Positions 1-14,316 of a DNA stretch of 64,000 nucleotides are shown in pieces. The stretch's first letter is position 1, and every line of letters begins with the position of its first letter. Origin of the DNA: the human T2T-CHM13v2.0 reference genome, Homo sapiens. The notes beneath the pieces are model-generated. The model had not been told where the DNA came from and did not search any database. It worked only from the letters and a program-made list of their open reading frames with translations. Where the stretch lies: assembly GCF_009914755.1 (NCBI RefSeq), contig NC_060936.1; one strand, written 5' to 3'. Both the position numbers and the translations under genes were made by a program.

Positions 1-125
1 CAGGCTGGAGTACAGTGTTGTGATCATAGCTCACTGCAACCTCAAACTCCTGGCCTCAAGTGATCCTCTCATGACTTGGCCTCCTAAAGTACTGGGATTA
101 TGGATGTGAGCCATCATGCCTGGCT
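1..125 (-). mobile_element. Alu monomer/AluJ fragment (cut by window edge)
   Basis: Antisense Alu motifs caggctggagtacagtg...cctcctaaagtactgggatta...gagccatcatgcctggct. Confidence 0.9.
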
Positions 126-129
126 AATA

Positions 130-760
130 TATAGAATATTTCTGTCACCTCATGAGATTCCCTCATGCCCCCAGCCAATCAATAACCCCTCAAAAGTAAC
201 CATTAACCTGACATCTACATTTATAGATTTGTTTCTGTCAATTCTTGAATTTCATGTGGGTGGAATCCTGCCATACGTTCTTAAAGCATATACTTTTTGT
301 TTTTCTCTTCTATCACTCCAAACTACGTCTATGAGCCTCACCAATGTTAAATATAGGTGTTCATTTTTTTATTGATGTGTAGTATTCTATTATAAATATT
401 CTAGAGTTTATTCATTCTACTATGGTTGAACAGTTGGGTTGCCTACAATTTTTAGTTATTAAAAATAAAGTTTCTGTAAATATTCTTATACACATCTTTT
501 GGTGGATATATGTGCTCATTTTTCTTGGGTATATTCCCAGGAGTGAAATTGCTGGATCAGAGGGTAGGTTTATATTTAACCAAACTGTTTTTTAAATTTG
601 TACATTCTACAGAAGCAATGTCTGAGAGTTCCAGTTTCTCCACATTCTTACTCTCACTTAGAATTGTCAGTCCTTTTAATTTTTGCCATTCTGCTGAATG
701 TGAATGATATTCAGCATAGTTTTAATGTGCATTCCCCTGAAGTCTACTGCTTTTGAGTAT
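130..760 (-). mobile_element. Old L1M (L1MC/ME-type) 3' ORF2/UTR fragment
   Basis: Antisense L1 motifs: cttgggtatattcccaggagtgaaattgctggatcaga, tccagtttctccacattct, gttttaatgtgcattcccctga. Confidence 0.75.
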
Positions 761-1009
761 GGGTATAGTTGTATAAATACAGTGATCACTTTGGAATCAT
801 TTCCCAATGAGAGCAGGAATAATTTAAAAGGAACATTGGAAGAAAATGACTGTGAAATCAAATACTGTACTTTCATCCATGCTTATCCCCCTATGCGTTT
901 TCTTTTCTATGTTGCCACCTTTCTGTTTCATTCAATAAATACTTGTGAATGTTGACTCCTTTCAGTGGACAAACCAAGACTTTCTCCCTTCCCCTCTCCC
1001 TTCTCTAGT

Positions 1010-1815
1010 TCTCCTTAGAGTGGAAACAAATAAATGGAAATAAAGGCACTGGGATGTAGTATATAGCTTTGGGGAATTCCACCTCACCAGACTTTCCTTC
1101 TCTGAGAACTAGTCCACATATACAGATGTGGGTCCCTAAAACAATGTTTGTATCATGTGACCCCACCTCTTCCACTGATTGGATAAGAGGGGGCGCCTGA
1201 TCTAGAGGAAGGGCCTTCACTTGTTGGCATTTGTTGGCATGAGCCCAAAAGCTTTTCTATCCTGAGCATTTGGGGTTTGGATATTGAGATGCTAGTCAGT
1301 TTACCAGGAACCCCGGAACTGAGAGGGTGTGGAGAGGAGCCCAACGCACAGAGAAGAAGAGAAAGCTAGTCTACAGACAGAGAGATCAATAAAGAGGAGA
1401 TATGCAGACCGGGTGCAATGGCACACGTCTGTAATCCCAGAACTTTGGGAGGCTGAGGTGGGAAGATCACTTCAGCCCAGGAGTTCAAGACCAGCCTGGG
1501 CAACATGGCAAGACCCTGTCTCTACAAAAAAATTAAAAAAAAAAATAGTAGGGTGTGATGGCGTGCACCTGTGGAGCAAGACACTGGAGAGAGACAGAGA
1601 GAGAGGGAGAGATGCAGAGACAAGATGGAGTGCAGCTAAGAGAAACTAACTCCCACCATGTGTAATTTCTGGTTCCATCCCTGCGGACCCTCAGCAGCCT
1701 TCCTGCCTTGGGTTCTGTGAGATGTCTTAATAGTGATTCGAGAGAATTTCCCATTTTTGGTGAAGTTAGTTCAAGTACATTTTTGTTAGTTGCCCACAAA
1801 AGTCATGAGTAAAAG
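1010..1815 (+). mobile_element. Degenerate MaLR (MLT1-like) LTR interrupted by an Alu monomer; start approximate
   Basis: 3' end resembles MLT1 termini (aagttagttcaag...ttagttgcccacaaaagtcatgagtaa). Confidence 0.45.
1407..1572 (+). mobile_element. AluJ left monomer/FLAM plus start of right arm
   Basis: gaccgggtgcaatggcacacgtctgtaatcccag...cagcctgggcaacatggcaagaccctgtctctac followed by an A-run. Confidence 0.9.
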
Positions 1816-4489
1816 AATTCTTGTCCAACTCCCTCTTGGCTGTGGATGAGAGAAGACTAAACTCCATGTGGCCTGTATCTGCTCCATCCAAGCCTCCCTC
1901 CTTCCAGGCTAACCCTGCAAATGCTAAGATTTTCTATACTAAACCCAGCAAATAATGGAAATAGAATCAAAACCGGAAAGTGCTAAAAATATGAGACCAT
2001 GGGATCTCCTACTAAATTTTAGCCTCAGCTGCCTTCTTCCTCTTCCTACTTTCTTCTTTGATCATGGTCCCTTTTATCTTCTTTCTCCCTTACCACTTCT
2101 CTTCTTTTATTCCTTTGCTTCAGCCTCTTGCCTTTTAAAAACATGCTGTTTGCAGAGAACAAGGATGGTCATAAAACAAAAGCATAATGGTGTGAGGATG
2201 ATGTTCTCCAAACCCTGGGGTGCTGTGTTTTTGTTTCTGTATGTGTCCCTGTGAGACTTTTGGGCACAAAAAAAACCTATTGACTAAAGAAAAACAGTGC
2301 CTGGGATGAGGGTTCATAAACTGCAGAGATCAAGAAGCAAACCAGGTCCCATGTGAATGCAGCCCGGTTTTCAGAGCTGTGTGAGTTCCAGCTTGATAGA
2401 GATTTCACAGACTTGCAAATACAGAAAGACAGAAGGAACAAATGTCTTTGCTTAAAAAAAGAAAGAATTTGGTAATTAAAATAAAAGCAAATAGAGCATT
2501 AAATGTTAAGAAAAGTACCCTTTCAAATGATTTAACTAGTTTTATAATCTAGCTGTGACCCAGATGTTTACTTAGAAGACATTACAGCTCTGTATTATAT
2601 GAAGTAATTAATATTTAATGCAACTGCCCCTAATGTTATAAAATATGAAAACAGTAGTTATGAAGTTGCTCTGAGAAACAGCCTAAAAGATGAATGAAGA
2701 GGCAGCTTCCCAAAAGCTTTGTGATGTGCTCAAAGGCAGACCAAAAAAAATGCAATATGGAAATAGAGATGACAAACATAAACAGTATGGTCTGTTTTCT
2801 TATATGTATCATATTTTTTAATTCCCATATGTACACATTGTTTTGTGTTTAGAACATTCTTTTCTGCAAGGTGTTAAAGGAGGAGATGGAAAAAAATACT
2901 TAATGGGTGTAGTCTCACAGCCTGAGGAAGGCCTTGGGAAGCTCTAGCATCCCTGAGAGGAAGCCTTTAAAGGACTGGACCCGGAAAGCACCTACTAAAG
3001 TGTATCGTCTTTGTTTTCCATGACACTCAATTACATTGCAACCCGATCCTGTGGTTTCTGCAAGGAAATTCCATCCCACCTTCCTAAGCATTATTTTCTT
3101 TTTAAATGACAAAAGTGAAACAAGAAAACTGATTTTCTCATGTACTCCCTTTAATCCTTAACCTACTTAGCCTCATGTCCCTCCAGTGGCAAAAAGAATT
3201 AATCACATTGTAGTGCGGGAAAACCCATCAGCTGAAAAAGTTACATTATGTAAAGAGGAGGTATTAGTTAGCTACAGGCTGAAGTCTCTTGCCTGATGCC
3301 AAACGTTTGTGTTATTTTCCCGAAACAGGATGGAACCAGATGCTGGGTTAGACAGGTTCTAAGCACAATGGTCTCCAGCGAGATTGTCCAAAAGACATGT
3401 CCACATATGTGACTTAGGAGGACAACTTTGTCATTGTGCAAATGGAGGTTAAACTTTGCTTGTGCCTTTGCAATATTTTTCCAAGTAAGTTTTAAGCTCA
3501 GGTTTTTAATATTATTCTTCATAAGTAAGGCAACTTAATGCATGCAGTGGGGAGCAACCTGCACAGGGTTTTTGAGAAACCCTACTGGGCTTCATTTGCA
3601 GAAAAGGATACGGCTGCCCAGCATCCTTCCTCTGGCGCAGTCTTTACCTTCTCTCTCCCAGAGATTCCCAGTGTCAGAGTCTCTTTGCTGGGTCAAATAT
3701 CGGAGGCTATCGGTCACTGCTGATAAGAATTTATTGACCACTCCAAAACACAGCCAGGCTTTAGATCTTAGTTTAAATGTCACTTTATTAGAAATACATT
3801 CCACTAGACTCCAGGCTAGCTTATATGTTATCACATTGATGATTGTATTGTTGAGATTATTTGATGAAGGTCTGCCTCCAGCCTCCTGTCCCCCAACTCT
3901 AAGTTCCCAGCACAGTGCTTAGTTTGATCACTTCAGTTTGCATTCTCAGTACCCAGCCCGTAACCTAACCGTTTCTAGGTACTTAACAAGTATCTATTGA
4001 GTGAATGAATCAATGAGTGAAAAATATACTATTTAATGGAATGCAATTCAAAAAATGTTTATCTATTACCCACTGCATGGTTGGCACTGAGCTGAGCTCC
4101 AGGAAATCTAATAAATGACCTATCTCTGTGCGGGGTTGCCCTAGGCATTAACCTCAGTCCCCTTCTCAGATCCTCACTCTTTCTGGGCAAGCACATTCTT
4201 CACAGTGACTTTAATCACCACCTTTGTATGTAAGGATCACAAAAATCTGATCTCTGATCACAAAGACACTTCTCCCTAGATTATAGCCACTTTACTAACC
4301 CAGAATCAGACCAATAGGGAATGTCACAATTTGGGAAAGTTAAAATCTGAAAGTAATTTGATGCACTCCAGCTATGCCCTGGGAGCCTTTGCCTTGGAAA
4401 TTTTAAGACCAGGTTTCAAGAGAAACCTCCCTACTCTTGCCTGGGGACTAGTTTATGAGGAATCCTAAAGCCCAGACAAATGCATATGT

Positions 4490-5760
4490 TAGCTGAGAAC
4501 ACTGGCTATCCATATGCAGAAGAATGAAACTAGACCCCTCTCTCTTGACATATATAAGAATCAAATCAAAATGCACCAAAGACTTAGATCTAACACCTGG
4601 AACTGTAAAACTACTAAAAGAAAACACTGGAGAAAGTCTCTAGGACTTTGGTCTGGACAATGATTTCTCAAGTGATACCTCAAAAGCACAGGCAACCAAA
4701 GCAAAAATGGACAAATAGGATCACATCAAGTTAAAAAGCTTCTGCACAGCAAAGAAAACAATCAACCAAGTGAAGAATAGGAAAAAATATTTGCAAACTA
4801 CTCATCTGACAAGAGATTAATAATCAGAATATATAAGAAGCTCAAAGAACTGAATGGGAAAAAACATAATATCCAATTAAAATGGGCAAAATTCATCCCT
4901 GACAGGTCAGAGAAAAAAATGGGCAAAAGATCTGAATAGACGTTTCTCAAAAGAAGACACACGAATGGCCAACAGATATATGAAAAAATGCTCAACATCA
5001 ATCAGAGAAACGCAAATCAAAACTGCAATGAGATAGCATCTCACTGCAGTTAAAATGGTTCATAACCAAAAGGCAACAGCAAATGCTGGCAAGGATGTGG
5101 AGAAAGGCGAACTTTTGTATGTTTTTGGTTTTGCATGTTTTGGAGAACAGGATGGAGGTTCCTCAAAAAACTAAAAATAATGCTGCCTTATGATCCAGCA
5201 ATCTCACAGCTGGGTACATACCCAAAAGGAAGGAAATCAGTATATCAAAGAGATATCTGTACCCCCATGTTTATTGCACACTATTCACAACAGCCAAGAT
5301 TTGGAGTCAGTCTAAGTGTCCATCAATGAATGAATGGATAAAATAAATGTAGTACATATACACAATGTAATATTATTCATCTCTAAAATAGAATGAAATC
5401 CTGCCATTTGCAATAACATGGATGCAGCTGGAGAACATTGTTAAGTGAAATAATCCAGGCACAGAAATATAAATGCATATTCTCACTCATGTGTGGGAGT
5501 CAAAAATTAAAACAATTGAACTCATGGAGATAGTGAGGAGAATGATGATTACCAGAGGCTGGGAAGGGGTGGGGGGAGTGGAAATGGTTAATGGGTGCAA
5601 AAATATAGTTAAAATGAATAAGATCTAGTATTTGATAGCACTACAGGGTGACTAAAGTCAACGATAATTTATTGTATATTTTTAAATAACTAAAATGGTG
5701 GAATTGGAATGTTCCTCACACAAAGAAATGATAAATACTTGAGGTATGGATGACCTTTCC
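4490..5760 (+). mobile_element. L1MA-type LINE-1, 3' ORF2 remnant and 3' UTR
   Basis: Sense L1 ORF2 C-terminal motifs (WRFLKKLKIMLPYDPAI...DICTPMFIA in ORF 5135-5329) followed by L1MA 3' UTR (gaattggaatgttcctcacacaaagaaatgataaa). Confidence 0.92.
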
Positions 5761-6573
5761 CCACAAAATGAGTATGTTAATAACAATACCCCAATCAGAC
5801 TTCATGTTTATATAGTGCCTTATAATTAAAATTTTTAAGTGCCTTCATATTATCACTATAGTACGGATTTTCTAAAAGGGTTCAAGGAAGCTAATTACTT
5901 GCCCAAGTTCCAGGGCTTTCTCTGTCCAAAGCTGGTGATGAAAGAAAAAAGAAAAAAGAAGTCTTAGGGCTAAAATTAATATATGGCATAGCTCTATGCC
6001 CCAGCTTAGCAGTATTCATTCTGTGCCACCACAAGTCTCACCTTGATGCTCTAGGAAACGATGAGTCCTGAAAGTCAATGAGTAGGTGGATAATAGGAGG
6101 GAAGAGCATTCAAGAAGGAGTAATATGGCAGGGATAGGCAGGGAGGAGGAAAACTGAGTTTAGGGGGCCTAGTAGAAACCACAGTGTGACGCAGGTGGGT
6201 GGTGATGAGGGCTTGGTTTAGAGACGAAGCAGAAACACAGAAGTGTTGGAGCTTGGTGCTAAATGAAATTAGAGGATAAAGGAGAGATCTGATTTCAAAA
6301 TGTCTTTAAAGTTTCAAACCTTGGCAGTTAGAAGCAGAGAAGCTGGGAACGGGAGCAGGTTTGGAGGGAGTCAATGACCTTAATTGTGGACATTGGGAAA
6401 TGAGAGTGTGAGAGCTATGGGTGTATCTGAACACTGTACCTTCATAGAGAGGCTGGGTAAGAAGTAGCCCCAACAAGGTGGTTCAGGGAGGAAGATGAGA
6501 ATTTCTCATGGAAGCTGTGGTGATCAGGCCAGGGGGGGAATTGCCATAATTCAATTCAAGGAATATGCATCTA

Positions 6574-6896
<323 letters not shown>

Positions 6897-7905
6897 CTAA
6901 AGAATAGAAAGAGACAGAGCAGATGGAGGATATGGAAGAATGGAGCAAAACAGGGGTCAGAGATGAATGAAGGTTAGAGTAGAGAACAGTGTTTTTGAGG
7001 CAGGAAACGGGAGGTTGTTTGCGAAAATCTTCTAAAGCTCATCCAACAGCTGGCATTTTGCAAGCTCCTGAAATTGTGAGTGAGGCAAGCCAGGACCATG
7101 GAAAGGAGTTTGGAATGGACCAAAGGTGGAGCCCTTTAAGTAGCAGGATTGAGGGGACTGGAACTATAGTGAGAAGTGGGGCTGGAAATTAGCAGCAGAG
7201 AGGCGATCACTGTGTTATAAGAACGAGCGAGCTTTTTGAGCAGAAAATAACAGATAGCAGATGGGTGGACCAAGGACTAATCTTGGAGCCTCTAGAGGGA
7301 TACCGTCTAGACCACAACTGATTCCACAGCTGCGGTGGCAATGTGCCAACAAAGAAAGGGGAGAAATTCCGCTTGGTGAACAGGCCAAGGGGATCTCTAA
7401 CTTTCCAGTTATGCCCAGGCTTTGCATGATATCTTGACCTTAGAATTAGATGAGACACCAATTCAGGTAATTCCACATCCACTCTTCTTAAGGTCTGACA
7501 ATGCCTCCGGCAACATAGTACCTTTTCTGTGTTTCTTTTTTCTTTTTTCTTTTTTTCTGGTTCAGTATTTGACTGCTTCTTGGGGGGTGGCTACTATGTC
7601 TTAGCTGCAACCTTCAGCCCTAGCCAAGATAGATGTGACTTTCTGCAGCTGACTTCAGGATCCCTGTTACTCTCTAGCCTCAATCTGGGTTTTTGCGCAA
7701 GCGTGGGATGGGAGATGCATGAGATGTTTTCAAGAGAATGTTTGTGAGAGGATATTCCAGCCTCCTAGGTGCACATTTTTGGGGGGGCCTGTCCCAGTAT
7801 CAATTGACAGAGAAAAAAAATGTTTTTTTTATCAGTGACCCTCTAAGTAGGCAACTCTATTGTTTTTTAAGTTACTCTTAGGTTTCCAATAAAACTGGAG
7901 TAGGA

Positions 7906-8312
7906 TCCAAATTTTTATCTCCAATGCCAAAATCCTCCCTAACTCCAGATTTTCCTCTCAGGCTGCTTACAGAATATCTTTGCCTACATGTTCCACAAAC
8001 ACACCAGACTTTACTTGCTGAAAAGTGAGATCAGCATCTTTCTATCACATCTGCTTCTCCTACATGTGTCTTATCTTGCTTAACAGAAACACCATCCAAT
8101 TAGTCCCTGAAGCTAGAAACTTTGATTCTGCCACTCTGTGGCAGATGCTGGCCACAAATTTATTTCCCATTCCTCCTGTGCACAGGGGGAGTGGGAAATG
8201 AGTAGTATAGTATAACAATAGAGAGAGAAGAGAAGAATGAGGATGACTCATTAGAGACAAGCATAGAAAAAAAGAGCTGGTAAAAGAGTTTTTAAGTTGA
8301 GAAGAGAGCAAG
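7906..8312. repeat. Local duplication: inverted copy of 9240-9520 (7906-8185) plus direct copy of 9531-9630 (8208-8312)
   Basis: Base-by-base reading: 7906 tccaaatttttatctccaatgcc... is the reverse complement of ...ggcattggagataaaaatctgga 9520; gaagagaagaatgaggatgactcattagagacaagcatag is present in both copies. Confidence 0.95.
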
Positions 8313-8539
8313 GGGAAGATTGGGGTGTCTGTTCTGTAGGCTTGTTTGCCAAAACTCTATTATGGGGACAGGATGGGGAAGGGGCCATTATGCTTCAACT
8401 CTCAAGAAAAACTTTGCAATTTATTTGTCTCCCTGGGCAGGATCTGGTATGTGTACAGACACAACTTAAATCCAGTCTCACACTGACATAATAGGAATGT
8501 TAAAAGGATCTTATAGAGAGGAACTGGCTCGTTTCTTGG

Positions 8540-8967
8540 TGTACTAGTCAGGGTTCTCCAGAGAATTAGAACCAATAGGATATAGATAGAGGGAGAGAGA
8601 TTAAGAGATTGAAAGAAAGATTAAGAGAGATTTATTTTAAGGAATTGGCTCATACAATTGTGTGGCTGGCAAATCCAAAATCTTCAGGGCAGGCAGCAGG
8701 CTGGAAACTCAGGCAGGGTTTCTATGCTGCAGTCTTGAGGCACGATTTCTTTTTGTTCAGGAAACCTGTCTTTGCTTTTAAGGCTTTCAACAAATTGGAC
8801 TAAGTCCATCCACATTATAGAGGGTAATTTGCTTAATTTAAAGCCTACTGATTCTAAATGTTAATCACATCTAAAAAATATATTCACAGCAGCATCTAGA
8901 CTAGTGTTTGACCTAACAACTAGGCACCATAGCCTTGCTAAGTTGACACATGAAATTCATCACCACA
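8540..8967 (-). mobile_element. MLT2D (ERVL) solo LTR
   Basis: tgtactagtcagggttctccagaga...gcatctagactagtgtttgac...aagttgacacatgaaattcatcaccaca; 5-bp TSD cttgg/ctggg. Confidence 0.88.
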
Positions 8968-9079
8968 CTGGGTAAGTGCATTCTCAGTAACAATCCCTTT
9001 GGAAGCTGTGACTTCCCTTCCTCAGTCAAGGAGAACTTTATACTGCTCTTTCCACCATGCACAAAGGGAAAAACGAGTC

Positions 9080-9288
9080 CTGCTGTCAACCTCCAGCCAG
9101 CAAAGAGGCACAGAAGAAGAGAGTGGAAGACCTCAAGGAAGACTGCCTGTGGGGGCCAGACCTGGAAGTGACATATATCACTTCCTCCTGTTCTGTCAGC
9201 CATACCTAACAGCGGTGGAGCCCGGGAAGCATTGTTTAGCTGTGCACAGGAGGAATGGGAAATAAGTTTGTGACCAGCATCTGCCACA
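9080..9288 (-). mobile_element. Old MLT1 (J/K-like) LTR end
   Basis: ggccagacctggaagtgacatatatcacttc...ccatacctaac...gcatctgccaca terminus. Confidence 0.65.
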
Positions 9289-9655
9289 GAGAGGTAGAAT
9301 TAAAGTTTCTAGCTTCAGGGACTAATTGGACAGTGTTTCTGTTAAGCAAGATAAGACACATGTAGGAGAAGCAGATGTGATAGAAAGATGCTGATCTCAC
9401 TTTTCAGCAAGTAGAGTCTGGTGTGTCTGTGGAACATGCAGGCAAAGATGTCCTGTAAGCAGCCTGAGAGGAAAATCTGGAGTTCAGAGAGGATTTTGGC
9501 ATTGGAGATAAAAATCTGGAGGCCTGTGGGTAGTGTAACAATAGAGAAGAGAAGAATGAGGATGACTCATTAGAGACAAGCATAGGAAAAGGAGCTGGTA
9601 AAAGAGTTTTTAAGCTGAGAAGACAGCAAGAAGAACAGGATCTTAAAAGTTAACA
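9289..9655 (-). mobile_element. L2 fragment
   Basis: Antisense L2 motifs gtttctagcttcagg...tctggagttcagagagg...ttggagataaaaatctggag. Confidence 0.65.
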
Positions 9656-9660
9656 GAGAG

Positions 9661-9959
<299 letters not shown>

Positions 9960-10274
9960 TTAATGGAGGAGAAACTTTCAAAAAAGGGAGTGGCCAATGG
10001 TGTCAGATATTATAGAAAAAATGAAGAAAATTCAGAAAATGCTATTTGTCGTTAGTGATTATTTTCTGTCTTCCACATTCAAAAATCCTCTCTCAGATTG
10101 TTCTCCTTTTGGAAAAGATCAGGGTGACCAATTTACATGATGATATTAATAATATCTGGGATCAAGAGAGCAGTTGAGCACAAGCATTTGTCTATGCTCC
10201 TCATCTAAGACACCGTTCAAATGGCAGCAAAAGAATTTTTTTTCCAAATCATGATGAAAGAATTTTTAAATTTT

Positions 10275-10579
10275 AATTATTTATTTTTTAAGAGACAGAG
10301 TCTTGCTCAGTTGCCCAGGCTGAAGTGCAGTGGTGCAATCATGGTTTACTGCTGCCTCAACAACCTGGGCTCAAGCAATCCTGCTGCCTCAGCTTCCCAA
10401 GCAGTTGGGACTACAGGTGTGCATCACCATACCTGGTTGTTTTTTTTTATTTTTATGTTTCAGAGACAGGGTCTCCCTATGCTGCCCAGACTGGTCTCCA
10501 ACTCCTGGCCTCAAGTGATCTTCTTGCCTTGGCTTCCCAAAGTGCTAGTATTACAGGCAAGAGCCACCACGCCCTGCCA
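10275..10579 (-). mobile_element. AluJ
   Basis: Diverged antisense dimer; TSD agaattttt. Confidence 0.93.
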
Positions 10580-11604
10580 GAATTTTTTTTTTTCTCTCTA
10601 CAACAACAGAGAATAGGAGAGTTTTTAAATACTTCTGGAAAACAGAGTGAAGAAAAGAGAGTTCACAAAGCAGACGAAACCAAAATGAATAGCAGCCAGC
10701 CTGAATCCACAGGAGGCGCCCATCTGAGTGAAGCCAGGAAGCAGAAGTGTGGGAGTGAGGAGAGGGCCTGAGATGGGAGGTGTGAGTAAAAGACACACAG
10801 TGGAAAAGGAAAGTGCGAGTATAGAACGTGAGGCAGAGAAGAAGGGGGCGGGGGAGAGACATAAGAAGATGGAGAAGAGGAGCAGGAGGAGGGGAAGGAA
10901 CAGAAGAACTAACTCATTTCTACTTAAAGCTCTAAATTGTCTCCTTTGAGAGGCATGAGAGGCTCTGACCACAGATCTGAAAGGAGAGAAGGGCCATCTC
11001 AACATTGCTGGGCTCTGCAGTGAGCACTGCTTGCCTGGGCATTACAATGCAAATTCCGTTGGCATTCCGTTGTTTTTCAGCTACTAAAACCAATCTATGG
11101 ATCAATCATGGAAGATTAATTATGGTGTCACAATAAAATGTATTATCAGTCTTGGCAAGAAAAAATTAATAGAGCTCTACCATGGAAGACAGGACATGCG
11201 AAATTTCCTTATCGCTGACTTTCAAGTGACAGGTAATTCGAGAGTCACAATTGTAGATGAAACAAGGAGTGGAGGTTGAGTTGGCTGGAGGTACAGGTGA
11301 GCCCAGTGGAGGAACTGACTGTGGTGAAAGCGGGCACACAGGGGCAGTGAAATGAAGTTAAACCCTCATCCATCCTCACAGAAAGTTAAAAGGCAATATT
11401 TCAAATAGATAAATCAATAAATATTATGTATAGACATAAAAGTCAGAAGCATTTGAACCAGTCGTTAAAAGCAGCTCCCTCAGAGCTGTGGGACCAAGAG
11501 GAAGGAGTATTAAGAAGGAGAAACGCTGCTTTTATGTTTTCTGTTATTTGACTTTTTTTAACCATGTGTAAAATTGGTTGTGTTTTAATATATAAAAATG
11601 TAGA

Positions 11605-11946
<342 letters not shown>

Positions 11947-11956
11947 TCACGTTGCA

Positions 11957-12253
<297 letters not shown>

Positions 12254-12342
12254 CACATTGTGGAAAGATAGATACATCATGATATCATTTATACAAAAAG
12301 GAATACAAAACAAAATAGTTCCTTACGTACTGTGGGTACATA

Positions 12343-13642
12343 CCAAGGGGTCTTCAAAAATTCATGGAAAATGCACTCATGAAAAAAACTATGCATGCAT
12401 TTTAATTTTTGGGGGATCAAAATAAACTCATACTAACTTGTTATAATATGTCTAAACAGGATCTAGCCGATGCTCTAAGAAGGATAAGACATCAGTTTGA
12501 AAAGAGCCCTTACCTTTACCAGAATGAATTCTGCTAAAATTGAAGCAAAAACAAACATCAAATTTATGGTAAAGCGTGGATGGAAGAATGGTGAAATCAT
12601 TAATGCTTTACAAAAAGTTTATGGAGACAATGCCCCCAAGGGAGTCATCTGTTCATAAAGGGATAATTTGTTTTAAGAAGGGAGGAGACAGTATTGAAAA
12701 TGAATCCCATCATTTCAGTGGCAGACCATCCACATTAATTTGCAAGGAAAAAATTCATTTTGTTTGTGCCTTAACTGAAGAAGATAAACAATTAACAGCA
12801 CAAACAATGGCCAACACCATAGACATCCCGACTTGTTCAGTTTACACAATTCTGACTGAAAATTTAAAGTTAAGCAAACTTTCCCTTCAATGAGTACCAA
12901 AACCATTGCACCCAGATCAGCTACAGATGAGAGCAGAGCTTTCAATGGAAACTGGAAACAAGTGGGATCAAGGTCCTGAAGCATTTCTTCGAAGAACTGT
13001 AACGTGAGATGAAACATGGCTCTACTGGTATGATCCTGAAGGCAAAGCCAATCAGAACAACAGCTACCAGTGGAAGCGGTCCAGTTAAAACAAAAGCAAA
13101 GGTCAAGAGCAACGGTCATGGCAACAGGTTTGGAGGATGCCCAAGGCATTTTGTTTGTTGACTTTCTGGAGGGCCAAAGAACAATAACATCTGCTTGCTA
13201 TGATCATGTTTTGAGAAGGTTAGCCAAAGCTTTAGCAGAAAAATGCCCAGGAAAGCTTCAACAGAGAGTCCTTCTCCACCATCACAATGTTCCTGCTCAT
13301 TTCTTTCGTCAAACAAGGGCAATTTTGTGAGCTCCCAAGGGATATTATCAGGCATCCACCTTACAGTCTGATTTGGCTCCTTCTGGTTTCTTTTTGTTTC
13401 CTAATCTTAAAACATCCTTAAAGGGCCCCTATTTTTCTTGAGTTAATAATGTGAAAAAGACTGCATAGACATGGTTAAGTTCCCAGGATTCTCAGTTCTT
13501 TAGGGAGGGACTAAATGGCTGGTATCATTGCTTACGAAAGTGTCTTGAACTTGATAGAGCTTATGTTAAGAAATAAAGTTTATATATTTTTTATTTTTAT
13601 CTTTTAATTCAATTCTTCCACAAACTTATTGAAGTGCCCTCA
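12343..13642 (+). mobile_element. Hsmar2 mariner DNA transposon, full length (~1.3 kb), inactive
   Basis: TA flanks (12341-12342, 13643-13644); imperfect TIRs ccaaggggtcttcaaaaattcatggaaaatg / ttcttccacaaacttattgaagtgccctca; mariner transposase fragments in ORFs 12576-12893 (SGRPST...) and 13070-13330 (GILFVDFLEGQRTITS...LLHHHNVPAH). Confidence 0.95.
12524..13576 (+). pseudogene. Disrupted Hsmar2 transposase (DD34D family)
   Basis: ATG AAT TCT GCT AAA ATT (MNSAKIE) at 12524 and TAA at 13574-13576; frameshifts; TGDETW reads T*DETW, HDNAP reads HHNVP, YSPDLAPSD is frameshifted with the final D changed to G. Confidence 0.88.
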
Positions 13643-13946
13643 TATGTTTGTATGCAGATGCACAGAAAATACCTGGGAAGATTTACACTAAACTGACAGC
13701 AATGTTTTTGGCTGGTGAGAGGATAGGGTTGGGGGTGGAGAACAGGTGGTCCCTGGCAGGGTCTCCCGGTCAACACTGCATAACTCACAGGGCAAGGTAA
13801 TCTCTGTGAACCTGTGTGACATTGTGGTCCTGCTCAAGGGATGCTTTAGCTTTATTTGTAATGTTTAGATTTTTTTTGTTGTTTTTTTTGTTTGTTTGTT
13901 TTACAAGCAAAGCATCTTACTTTTGCGATAAAAATAAACTGAATAA

Positions 13947-14316
<370 letters not shown>

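Noticed and set aside
7207-7520. Unique-looking segment with a 91-aa minus-strand ORF (possible pseudogene fragment)
   Set aside because: No protein similarity I can recognise, no poly-A or TSD; would need BLASTX.
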